Source of the DNA: Phoronis australis
Taxonomy: Eukaryota > Animalia > Phoronida
Reading direction: 5' to 3'
Assembly (NCBI GenBank): GCA_002633005.1
Contig: NMRA01000597.1
Span: 53,988 to 117,987 of the forward strand
DNA length: 64,000 bases
The translations under genes were made by a program, and so were the position numbers. Each line of letters opens with the position of its first letter. Positions within the stretch are counted from its first letter, which is position 1. Positions 25,004 through 36,250 of the stretch are shown here, one piece after another. The notes below the pieces were generated by a model. It saw only the letters and a program-made list of their open reading frames with translations, did no database searches and was not told the origin of the DNA.

Positions 25004-26197
25004 TCATGACGAATCTATCCCTGCTGAAAATTCAATGGCATCATAAAATTCTCCAACTGAATAGGACTACTTGTGACCTTCTTTTTGACCTGGATTTTCA
25101 TATGGAGGAACCAGAAACCTGTTATATGGTAGTTACATTGGCTGAGAACGAATTTTGTAGAAACGATACATCCCAATACTTTTTTGCACTTACATTGCAA
25201 TTATTTTACAATAAATGAAGTAATATGAAAGATAAGCAATATATCTAATCACACAAGTTTTTATTTTTAAAACATGCATACAAATAGATATAATAGGAAA
25301 AAGGAAACAACTTTACCCAGAAAATAAACATGACTGTACAATACTCTAGTTTATAAAAATAATACCGAGAACCTAGGGACAATGTGATATCTGTTAAAAA
25401 ATACACATCTGTAAATGCTGCCCATCAAAATGTATAAATACCTCAACTTACATAATATACACATGTTTAGGTTATGAGCTTCCAAGTTAACAAAATATGA
25501 TCAACAAAATACTTATTGTTGAAGGTAAAAACATACCAGTACCATTGTGATGATAGAAAAAATTATGCGTACCTTTAATCGCATTTGTTTGGGACAAAAT
25601 ATGAGTACGAAATTTAAAATCAGCGCATATGTGAACAACGGCAACAACACCAACAACAAGGTAAAAACAAACCATTACAATTGTGATACCGGGTAATAGA
25701 AGAAACCGATGCATATCTTTAATCACATTCGTTTTTAGCCAAAACATGCTTTTAAGGGGCCTTCAACATCAGGATGCAATACAGTAGAATATAATACATA
25801 AAACAATAATTAGATACAGGTAACAAAGCAGCAATTAATAACAAGTTAAGGGTGAAATTTTGACCAGGAGAGATGAAATAAAGAGATGATAGTAAATAGT
25901 GAGTGCATGAACAATGATGAAAAATGACATAATTAAGAAAGGTAAAGTGTAAGAATGGGTAAGTAAATTACAGCCACTTTTTACTATTAAGTTTAACAGT
26001 ATTAATTGAATTGGGGCATTTAATTTCTGGGCTAAGAGAATTGTTCAAGCAAAGCCATTGACACATCTGTTACATGCAACAGGCAGAGAGATATTTATTT
26101 CTTATTATTTTAATACAAGGTGAAACTTCACATTGCATCAACTTATATCAACATCAGAATTACTTAATAATCACTGAAACAAAGTATACACTAAACA

Positions 26198-26525
26198 NNN
26201 NNNNNNNNNNNNNNNNNNNNNNNNNNNNNNNNNNNNNNNNNNNNNNNNNNNNNNNNNNNNNNNNNNNNNNNNNNNNNNNNNNNNNNNNNNNNNNNNNNNN
26301 NNNNNNNNNNNNNNNNNNNNNNNNNNNNNNNNNNNNNNNNNNNNNNNNNNNNNNNNNNNNNNNNNNNNNNNNNNNNNNNNNNNNNNNNNNNNNNNNNNNN
26401 NNNNNNNNNNNNNNNNNNNNNNNNNNNNNNNNNNNNNNNNNNNNNNNNNNNNNNNNNNNNNNNNNNNNNNNNNNNNNNNNNNNNNNNNNNNNNNNNNNNN
26501 NNNNNNNNNNNNNNNNNNNNNNNNN
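26198..26525. other. Assembly gap (328 N)
   Basis: Run of N. Confidence 1.
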
Positions 26526-27309
26526 TTACGGGTTAGGTAAGGTAAATTACATCGCCGTGAATGCCGAGGAAGTTATGTAAAATCACGCCTGTAAATGAAC
26601 ACAGTCCATGGGACAGGAATCTAAAAAAAACTAATATCTGCCATGCTATTTTGCAAGTGTCACACGCGAGGTCACGCGCTTTCTAAGTCTCGCGCTTGTC
26701 TTTGCCTAACTCAATGGAAATAGTTTGTGGTTGTCGCGCGCGATGAAAAAATTAACGGCTACTAAAAAGTGGAATTCGAATTCTTCGCCGTAATCATCTT
26801 ACTTCAACAAACATGCTACATGGAAGATATGTACAGAACCAGAAATGATCGCTGAAGAAACTAAGCGCTTTTTAAGTTAGCCAGCGGAGGGGCTACGGTA
26901 GGCCTACAGTTACTTACATGGCAGCAGGTTTGTGAGAAACAATTGATACGGGGAAGGCCTGAAGGCTGTAATAAATTCACATAACAAAAATAGTAGACCT
27001 AACGTGCAAGAAGTAATACGTTAAAATGTGCACCATTCTCTGATCCTCTGTCACTGTGTCTGTGTACCTTAGTACTTACCTCTATTCCCTAAGCGCTTGA
27101 GCTTTGGGTAGTTGACCGTGTCGAAGTCGAGTCCACGTCTCTTTTGAGTTTCCGTGTCCAGGCCAGTCGGGAAACTTAACGAAACAGATTAGTGCTTATT
27201 TACACGCTTATCCATGCACGGTCGGCGTCTGCCCTGTTGCCACTCTTATCCACAGCTTGGCACTTCTCGCATACTTTGAAAAAAATCCGCGATCGCAAAC
27301 TACACCAGG

Positions 27310-27660
27310 CTGGTGAATTACCTGATTACGTAACTGAGGACGGTTCTCTCGATTTATTTTTAGACGACATTCAGCACATTGGTTAAAAACATGGTTATTA
27401 TTGTATTTCTAGATTTTCGCAAGATAAAGAATGTATTGGACAGAACTTTTGTATTTGTGTAAAAGTACTCAATTACGCATTTTGTACGGGAGACTTGGCG
27501 ATGATAAAGGAGTCGATAGGTTCAGATGCTTGGCCAACCTGGCTGGCAGTGTTGTCGACTACTTGTTATGTAACGAGTCTTTCATTACTGAAATTTCACA
27601 TTTTTGTATTGGGTAAAGAGTTGATTGAGACCACCTACCATTAGAATTTTCTATCAGTGC
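27310..27660 (+). mobile_element. CR1/L2-type LINE apurinic endonuclease fragment, part 2
   Basis: GELPDYV...ELLYLCKSTQLRILYGRLGDDKGVDRF...GSVVDYLLC...DHLPLEF; follows on directly from GDMNART at 25003. Confidence 0.85.
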
Positions 27661-28162
27661 TAATGTTGCTCGGGAACAGTTGCCGGTTGTTCTAAACCCG
27701 GCCGTGAGGTACACAGAAGACACGAAACTGCTCGCATTCCAGACAGCGCGCGACACGCGGTCCGCCATATTGGTGATGAACGATATGTAAACAAAACTGT
27801 CAATAACAAGCACACACTTCAATCTGATTGGCCATCCAGAAGTAGAAGGACAACAAAAATGTTCACGCATACAGAAACAACACATTGAGATAAGGTAACC
27901 ATCTCAAACGATAAAGTTTCGATTTATTTCAAGATATCACCCTACATGCCGCATACCCAGGCATTAATACACTATAAGTACCAGAAGACCATTGTCTCAT
28001 ACCCATAAACATGACCGTATAAGTTGCAGATTAGAATAGCTTGCCAGGCTACATAAAATAAGTCCCATCTCTTGAAATCTACAAGTAACATATCTCCCTT
28101 CTGTTTATAACATTATGGGGTGTGACCTATTCCTAATGACTTCCCTATATTAATAATTGGCC

Positions 28163-28860
28163 AATTCGCGTTGAATCTGTGGAATGCAATACGGCCATGT
28201 AATATTGTTTTCCGTATTCGCTCCCGCACTACTTCAACAGTGACCTCTGACATGGAAAGTTCAAAAGGTAAGTCAATGTCGACTAGACGTCGTTAGCCGG
28301 TTCGATCATCAATCTTTCCGAAAACAGTTTAAAGTAATACAAATACAGCACTGTAAATAACACTCAACATGCAATCAGGTCATAATCGCAACATCTGGAA
28401 CAGTACTGTTAGTTATATGACAGTTATGTCTCAGTTTCCAATTGCTAAATATTATATCGTCTGCAAATCAGGCGCCGATTCCTCGGTAACTACAATATCA
28501 AATATTGTTGTTAGTTAACTATTTTCATTAGATGTTACAAGTTCAATGCATAGTTACAGTTATCTTCAACTTTGTTACCTCTTTTCAAGTAATAAATCGT
28601 TACATTTAAAACTGTTTCTTTTACTAGAAAAAACTAGCAACCTAACGCACAAGTACATACATGTAGAATGTGATCCGTCACGTGAATAGTCTGAGTGAAG
28701 TACATGTATTTAAATCTGCCGAAAAAATGGCAAAAAAATTAAGAGTCCAAAGCGTATCGACCTCGACTTTCGGTCTCGGTCAATACGCGGTATAATGTCT
28801 CGTGAGATATTACTTCATGTACGCCACTCTCGGAACGTTTCGTGTATACCTTCGAAGGGG
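28163..28860 (+). repeat. Dispersed repeat of about 700 bp (copy 1)
   Basis: Colinear with 54656-55360, e.g. CGCGTTGAATCTGT, GACATGGAAAG.TCAAAAGGTA.GTCAATGTCGACT, GATATTACTTCATGTACGCCACTCTCGG. Confidence 0.85.
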
Positions 28861-29530
28861 TGTCCACTCTGTGAAAATGTACTACTATTAATTTTGTAGT
28901 CACTTTTTTGTGTTTCTTCGTTGCTATATCCTGGAGAGAATGTCACAAAAGCAGTGAAGTAGAAGATCAAGAAATATGGACTTCAGTGAGTATTTTAGGG
29001 ACCGAATGAAGTTGAACAATTGTTTCTGAGATCGGACTCTCCTCCGCAAAATTATTTTATTCCAGTTTCAATTTTTAAACATCGAAAGACCCGGGCTGTT
29101 TTAAAAACCAACACCTCACCTTTAAAAAAAGACCAAGACCAATTTCAGCTGGCATCAGGTCAATGGGGAAAAAGAACCTAAATAATTTCAGCCAACATCA
29201 CACAATGTTGGGAAAAGAGTACCGACACAATTCAGTTGGCCTTATATTTGAAATTTTGAACTACTAAATATTAGCGCATAACTACATCAGTTTTTAAAAA
29301 TCAAAGACTAGAACCATATGCTTTTTTCTTTATTATGAATTCATCCCTCCACTTTTTATAAAATTTAAACAAAATAATAGTAAAATAACGAGAGCATATA
29401 CATGGCTGTGATTTATGAAAAGTATTAATTTTAGTGATATCTTACGACTGCCAAAACTCATTTTTTGATCCAAGCAGTGAAAGTAAAGGAAATAGTATCT
29501 GTAAATGCCTTAATGCATTGATTTGTCATG

Positions 29531-30230
29531 GACACAGCCCTAGACCTATCGGAGATAATTGTTTGCCTATCAAAAGATAAGTGTGTACCTAAGTTATGAA
29601 CCTGATTATTTCAATCAAACTACTTCACTCCAAGATTGGAAAAGTATGAACAGTGCTATCGATTCGCGTCTTAGTTTAATCGGGGAATCCCGTCTTGTGG
29701 CCTACTTTTCAATTGGCGAAATTTAGCAAACGGCAGAATAAAAATGTCGGTGAATCTTCACTAATTTTGTTAAAAGTATCCTGAAAGCTATGGCATCATA
29801 CAGATAGTTATGACTTTGAGATACATACCTGGATTTACGCGAACACATCGCATCAGTGGCATTTTTCAGGTGAAGGTGAACCCTGTGTGGGGTTCTTTGC
29901 TGGCTCCGGAAAACTTTCCTTGGAAAATTTTATTTTTTAACGCCGCCTTTACAAATTCTCGCAACAGGAACGTATGATTCTCTGCTGAAAATCGTCGCCT
30001 GTTGTCTTTGTCGAAACGTCTTCGCCGGGATAGTCAAAAAAATCCCATCGATTCCTCCAGGAACGTCGTTCAGCGACAGTGTACTTGCCTCCGACATATT
30101 TTTTGTTGGTCGGATGTCATTTGACTTTACGAAAAGGGCCGGTCACAGTGCGTCGGAATTTTTACCGGTGATTTTTTGTTGGTTTTAGAGCAGTAAGCCT
30201 GCTTTTTCAAGAACGACCCTTTAGGTCAAT
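29531..30230 (-). mobile_element. Inverted relative of the left arm of the 2844-4860 element
   Basis: Its reverse complement aligns with about 2870-3505 (ACACTGTCGCT.AACGACGTTCCTGG.GGAATCGATG; TAGGTCTAGGGCTGTGTC). It ends TAGGTCAAT, like the family terminus. Confidence 0.75.
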
Positions 30231-30420
30231 GCACCAAATGAGCGAACACAATCAAATTTGGTTTTGTGCACGTGAGTTTACTGAAACAGGAGACTGAATA
30301 CCAACCGCGATATGTGGCTTTTTATCGCTGCATACGGCCAATGCCGTTATATACGGATTGGCTCTACTTTCCCGTATTTCAGAGAAAATAACGTGACGTG
30401 TACAATACCTGTATTTTTGC

Positions 30421-30423
<3 letters not shown>

Positions 30424-30471
<48 letters not shown>
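30424..30471. repeat. (TG)n microsatellite
   Basis: About 24 perfect TG units. Confidence 0.98.
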
Positions 30472-30472
<1 letters not shown>

Positions 30473-31504
30473 TAAAAACAATTATCTTGAGCTGGAATTT
30501 AAAGCAGAAAGTAAAATGGTAAAAACGTCTGGGTTTAATTTCCACTACAATGAATTAGACCACGGATTGTTTCACAAACCAGCGTCTCATTCTTTAAAGA
30601 AATAAGATCATGACACAGTCCAGCCAGCCGAAATCAGACAATGTTGGGAAAAGGATACCTACCATTTCACTTGGCCTTTTCAACATCACCAAATCAGTTG
30701 TCAAAAAATCACAGACTAGTACCAAATGTTGCCACATTCTGCCTTTACGCTAATAGCTATTTGCTGTACAGATTAAATAGGCAGACAAAATATTTATGTC
30801 TTTCCTCAATACCTTCTCGGCACAAGTCAATATGTGTAAGTCCGCTGTTGTTCATCAGCTTTAGCAAGCGATCTTCACTTGACTGGTTATCTTACGGCAA
30901 TCATTGCATTACACGATTGCAAATACTTTGCGAACCACGAAACGTGCAATGTATGCCATAATGTTCTCGACGACACAGAGGTGCTGAGAGAGCATGCAAT
31001 TGGCTTGTCCTCATTGATTTTGAATGGTGTTGGCAGATCCTCATTGTGATGGACTTTGACAACACCACCACCTTTAAGAGAGAGAGAGAGAGTGTGTGTT
31101 GTCCATGACTTTGCCTTGTTGGCCACCAGTAATGCCGCTGTGGGCAATCAGCTAATAAAAAGTACCCATGAACTGTCAGCCGGTAGTATTGTTGTCTTTA
31201 CCCCCTGAAAAAGCAATACAACAAAGAATGAGATAATGTTTATCAAGATAAATGGTAATGGTCCAGTGGCAGATCTAGGATATCACAAGGGGGCCCAACA
31301 TTTTGTTCGGCTGTAAGCATTTGCGCAAACCACGATTGTACATGCGCATGGGGGAAGGTCGGGAGGGGGGTTTCCCTCCCGGGGAATTTTTCTGTTTTTT
31401 CCTCTAAAAATCAAGCATTTTCCTTGATTCCTGAAGTGTTATCCAATAAAAAAAGGGCAAAAAATAAACACGGACGACGTGCTAAACAGGAAAAACTGCA
31501 AGTA

Positions 31505-31568
31505 CCTCAGACTCTAACTCACGACTTGACGGATAGAGCGCGCGTGCTTTACTACTACACCACCACGC
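31505..31568 (-). pseudogene. Degenerate tRNA-like / SINE-head sequence
   Basis: Minus strand reads TGGTGTAGTAGTAAAGCACGCGCG...GTCGTGAGTTAGAGTCT (A-box-like and decayed B-box-like). Confidence 0.35.
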
Positions 31569-31576
31569 TGTAACTC

Positions 31577-32435
31577 TTACATGGCGAAGTCGTTATCCCC
31601 CGTTATCTAGAGCCCGAGTGGATTTTGGAGAATTATCGCCCGAGGGGCTTTAGCCCCGAGGGTGATAATTCTCCAAAATCCACGAGGGCTCTAGATAAGG
31701 GGGATAACGGCTGAGAACAAGTAATAATCTATTTATACCACATATTAAACGAGAAACATTGCAATGAATCGATTTACCTTTTCTGACTCTCCACGGCTTT
31801 GTAACTACTTTCTATGTCAGAGGCCCGGGGTCGGAGGTCGTGACCTTTTAAGAAAAGCCCGGCTATTTTTGTCAAATAATGCTTTTACTCAACACCAATT
31901 GAAAACTTAAATATTATAGAAATAAATTGAATTTATAAATTAAGGTTTACCAACTATTATAGCTTAAAACACGCTTTTTCACGCTAAGCTTCGACCGGGA
32001 AATTATCGTCTGCTAAAGTAGGTTACCACTGGTAACTGAATATAATTCTCAAGTAAAAGATCCTGACGACACGATACCCGCATTCTAGAGATCGGTGATT
32101 TACAAGTAAGAGGACATGAGAGAAAAATTTCACCGAATTAAGATATCATTTTTATGGAAATTATGTGTCTTATTTTTCGTAGCGTATAAGTACAGAACTA
32201 TGCGGTTTGTTGAACGTGCGATTATTGCGCGTGCTCATCTAAGTATTCTATTTTCACTCTTGATGACGTCAGTCGCTGCGTGGTGTAGTGGTAAAGTCGG
32301 CGACCAGCAATATTAGGGTCCCGGGTTCGACCCCGTCCTCGGTTTCCCGCCAAATCGTTATCTCACTAGTGGGATAACTTTATGGTTTATTACACGGTTG
32401 TATCTGCCATTTGACGCTAATAATGTGTGGTATAA
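31577..32435 (+). mobile_element. Hairpin-bearing non-autonomous element (Crypton-like), fullest copy
   Basis: Near-perfect palindrome at 31591-31709; TTATACCAC (about 31733) and GTGGTATAA (about 32427) form an inverted pair; tRNA-like segment at 32272-32345. Other copies at 22030 and 18608. Confidence 0.75.
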
Positions 32436-33313
32436 TGCTCATTACACGTTTTATATTTTGTGCAATCGGTTCTTTACAAATATGTTGTATTTAAAATAGT
32501 CTTCAAATGCCCAAAAGACCAAATCCCTTTTTCGGGTTGGCAATAATGACGGGATTGCTTTGGAAATCGTCTTAAGATAAGGTTTGACAAAGAGAGAATT
32601 ATGAGTTTCTGAGTGATTCACTAAGGCTTTGATTAAAATTCACATCTTACCAGTGGCTTCTGTTTTTCATCGTCACTCAGGTTCCATTTTCTTTAAAAAA
32701 TGAAGTAAATTTTCTTCATTTCACAGTGGCGCAGACGACGGAAACGAAGTCGTAGTATGCAGCGTCACTGCCTTCGCCTGGGATATCGTGGGAGAGCCTA
32801 TACTTAGCCACAGTTCCGTTGCGAATGCGACGTGTTCCGAATTTGACACTTGAAATTGGATCTGAGCCCCCCCCAAACACTAAAACTGCACACATTTAAA
32901 TCTTGTTTCATCCGTATAATTTTAATTACCGGGGTTAATTAATAAACTCAGCATTTCCCTACGCTCTTGCTGTTTTATTTTTTGCAGCAGCCAAGGGGTG
33001 GGGCCAGGCCTATGTGGTCAGAAGAACCCTAGGTAGCAAATATTTTGTGGCCAAGAACACCACTCTTACTACCTGCTTTGCACTGGGCTTACAATAGCTC
33101 TGTGCCTTGTTCGTTCAATACCAAGTTTAGAAAAATTGCACATCGGTCTCCTTTCTTGACCAGTGGAAGGAAGGGCCGGCTTTTTCTCCATTCAGTCAGG
33201 GTTTCACTCTGAAGTATTCCGATGGAAAACTGGTCCTGCTAACACAGTTACCAGGGTAGAGTTTAGTAGCTGTGTCGCGGCTAGAAACAGTACCTAAAAT
33301 TGCTTGTTTTCAT

Positions 33314-33490
33314 TTAAAATACACGGCATTATCCCACATATCTCTCGTAGTCTTAGCATTTTTGCGAGGTCCTAACGTTACTCAAAGAACCCCTCTCTGT
33401 TTTACGCCGCTGCGCTGAATAAGGCACAGGCGATGCAAATAAGATGACAGAGTAACAGACCCCACATTGAATAAAATCCTGGACACATAT
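33314..33490 (+). repeat. Dispersed repeat of about 190 bp (copy 2)
   Basis: Similar to 20272-20468. Confidence 0.7.
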
Positions 33491-34312
33491 GCAAGCAGTT
33501 TTGATAAAGGATTAGTCCTAATCTTTACGGTTCACGCTGTCCGATAAAAATCTGATTCATAAAAAGCTAGGAGCACAAAACGCTTTTAAAACCTGACTAC
33601 AGCAAAATGTTACGTCGACCAGCTGGAGCTCATTTTTATGCAAAGTTTCATATTTGGGAAACGTGCCATAAGAAATATGAATAAAAATTAGAAATACCAC
33701 AACCAGCCCAAAAACATGTATCTTATTTAAAAGAAATGAGGCTAAAACAAAAATATAATGGAAGAAAGCATGAGCCGTTATTCTTTAGCTCTAGTTCATC
33801 AAAGACCCCAGTTTAGTTATCCCCAAAGGCGTCTCATAAACTACAAAATAGGAGATAGTCTAATCCACTGTGATCCAATGCAGGCGCTAGCGCCAAACTT
33901 TCGTGAGTGCCGGGGCCGCTCCCCTCCCTGCCACGTGCGTTCTATCCCAGGCTCTTGGCTGAAGATATGTTTTAACAGCAAATGTGCTGACAACTGTGCT
34001 GACCAGGGAGGGAACAAAATAATATGATCCGTAAGGTCAGCGCAGCTGTAATTACTCAACGCTCAAATAAGAAACACGGATCCTTGATTTTGCCCATGGG
34101 GGTACGACAATAGACAGATACAGGGGGTTTATGATATTGCTTCATTACACAACAATGTAAGAACTGTTGGGATTACGAAACGATGGCGATTGCATGTAAC
34201 GTGGTATTCAAATGAATAATGACAGCTTCAAGTTGACCCTGGACAGCTGACTAGTCTGCATTACACAGTTTTATACTGCATGCACAATCACGCGTACTGC
34301 TCGATTTGGGAT

Positions 34313-35800
34313 CACTGACTCTGCACGAAACTATACCCTTCTTAAACTTTTAGTAAACGTGTGTGCAATGTCCTCCGTCATATTTTGGCATCCTCATTAT
34401 TGCAAAATGCCATCTTTCACCTTATATGTACGTACAAGGTGTTATAAGTTCGTCTGCTACACCCTTTGCTTAGTAAAAAGGTTTCAAGTTCAAAAAATGC
34501 TGCAAGTTGGCATGTTAGGTCTTTTATAGTTGCTCCAAAAGACCGTCTTACATATTTCATGATTTGGCCACTTATAAAGGTTCACTTGTTATGCATCTTT
34601 GGATTTGTGCAAGGAGGTCATCTTTACCATTACAAAGGTATATTCATTTTTCTCAAATTTAAAAGGTGTTGAGAGTTGGCATGTTACGCCTTCTGTTGTT
34701 AAAAAGTCCGTCTTTCATCTTTCATGATTTGGACATGAGTAAAATTTCATTTGTTACATCTTTGAAGTGCTCGTGCAAAAAGGTTACCTTTTCCATTGCA
34801 AAGGTGCATATTCTACTCTCTCGAATTTAAAAGTTCCCAGACCCTAAGCAGTTTAGTTACCTGGATTACGTAACTTACATAAATGTGACCTAATGCTTAC
34901 CTACTGTCGGGTAAGGTACCTAAATGTCAAAAACAGCAAGGGCTCAAAATTACCTAAATGTGACCGAAAATACATGTACATAGAGAATATAAATGCATCT
35001 GCTTGTACTGTACTTAAGCTGACCTGAAAAACTTCGTTTCTTATTCAGTTACGTCTACTTAGCAAATCGTGACCTAATGAACTTAACTTTTCGACTTTTT
35101 CATAGTCTGCAGTTAGAAACAATGCGGCAAAATATTAAATGTAATTGCTCTAAAACAACAAAAGCTGTTTCTAGCGTATTGTTTAAACAAACAATTTTGC
35201 ATGATAATAATCCTTGTACAAATTTACATTGAAGGTTTCGAATTTCTCAGTTGTCTACAATTAGATCTTACTCTTGGACTTGAATGCCAAGTTGTTCAAT
35301 GGAGATTGCAATTGTTCTTATCTCTTGAATAGCTTTACAGCAATACATATTATTTTTTCAAAGAATCACCACTATGATGAATTGTTAAGCTTCCGCGAAA
35401 TCGAAAAGATTTAAAATAGTTCTCTTGTTTACCTACATAACCAATAAAAGTTCACCTTTCTTAATCAGGAAGGTGAATGGTACACGTTTTTTATAAAATG
35501 AAAAAGAAATAAAATGGTTCCTTTTATACCATTCTTGGCGGTAAAATGTCATCTGAAAGACAACCCTCTACGTAATAGAAAAGAAAGTTCCCTTTTCACC
35601 TTCCTAAACGGCACCATTTCATATTCTCTTAATTAGAAAGGTGGAAGAAAGCCAATCTTTTTATGAAATGGAAAAGAAATAAAATTGTTTCTTTTTCACT
35701 CTAAAATGATAAAGAAATGTCCATATTTTTCACCTGTCCTGAAAAGTAACACTTTGTTCACATTTTCTTGGTCGTAAAAGGCAGTTTCGTGTGTGCAGTG
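34313..35800. mobile_element. EnSpm/CACTA-type non-autonomous element
   Basis: CACTG...CACGAAACT / AGTTTCGTG...CAGTG ends with a 2-bp AT duplication; internal tandem subrepeats at about 34500-34830 and 35450-35700. Confidence 0.65.
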
Positions 35801-36188
35801 ATCCGTCATAAAATTGATTTTTCAATATTCGGTCACAGTGGCGCACACCAAACACTGACTGTGACATAATTACCTCTGAAATGTGATGTTTTGTCACTTT
35901 GATTCGTCTGTGCTACTATTTTTGCTGTTAAATGCATCACTACATATGGTGGACCACTCCTTTTGTCATAAACCGCGTAACTTCAAGTCTCCTTAATTTA
36001 TCTCATTGAAAAGAAATCTTCCTTCTGTTCAGTCTCTGCCTTTCGACACCGTTCCTAGTTATGATTTCATGATTCTCTGGAAACGTCGTCTGTGAATATT
36101 TTTGCGTCTCTGTGTCCGCTGTAATTGAGCTCTAATGCGTATAACTGTCTATTCAAGGTCTAAATAAAGCCGGAAGAAAATTGCGAAA

Positions 36189-36220
36189 ATGAAGCAGATG
36201 AGTCTTAAACCGAATCTCAA
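36189..36220 (+). CDS. Coding exon 1 of a putative type II membrane glycosyltransferase-like gene
   Basis: AAAATG start, MKQMSLKPNL+AA, then a GTAAGT donor. Phase 2 matches the next exon and supplies a basic N-tail before the hydrophobic anchor. Confidence 0.65.
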
Positions 36221-36250
36221 GTAAGTTCAAGTCACACAACCGGTTGCGTA

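Larger units (their letters stand above)
31264..33014. mobile_element. CAGTGGC(A/G)GATC-family element expanded by nested insertions, 5-bp TSD
   Basis: Starts CAGTGGCAGATCTAGG and ends GCCTATG; TGGTC on both flanks; both ends match the compact copy at 3525-3803. Confidence 0.7.

Noticed and set aside
26074-26580. 168-aa ORF
   Set aside because: It is open only because it runs through the N gap.
30252-30605. Two 97-aa ORFs with HT/CV repeats
   Set aside because: They are translations of a TG microsatellite.
23113-34035. Alternative first exons for the host gene (e.g. donors at about 23157, 28985, 33904, 34030)
   Set aside because: Their ATG-initiated frames end in phase 0 or 1, whereas exon 2 needs phase 2; 36189-36220 fits.
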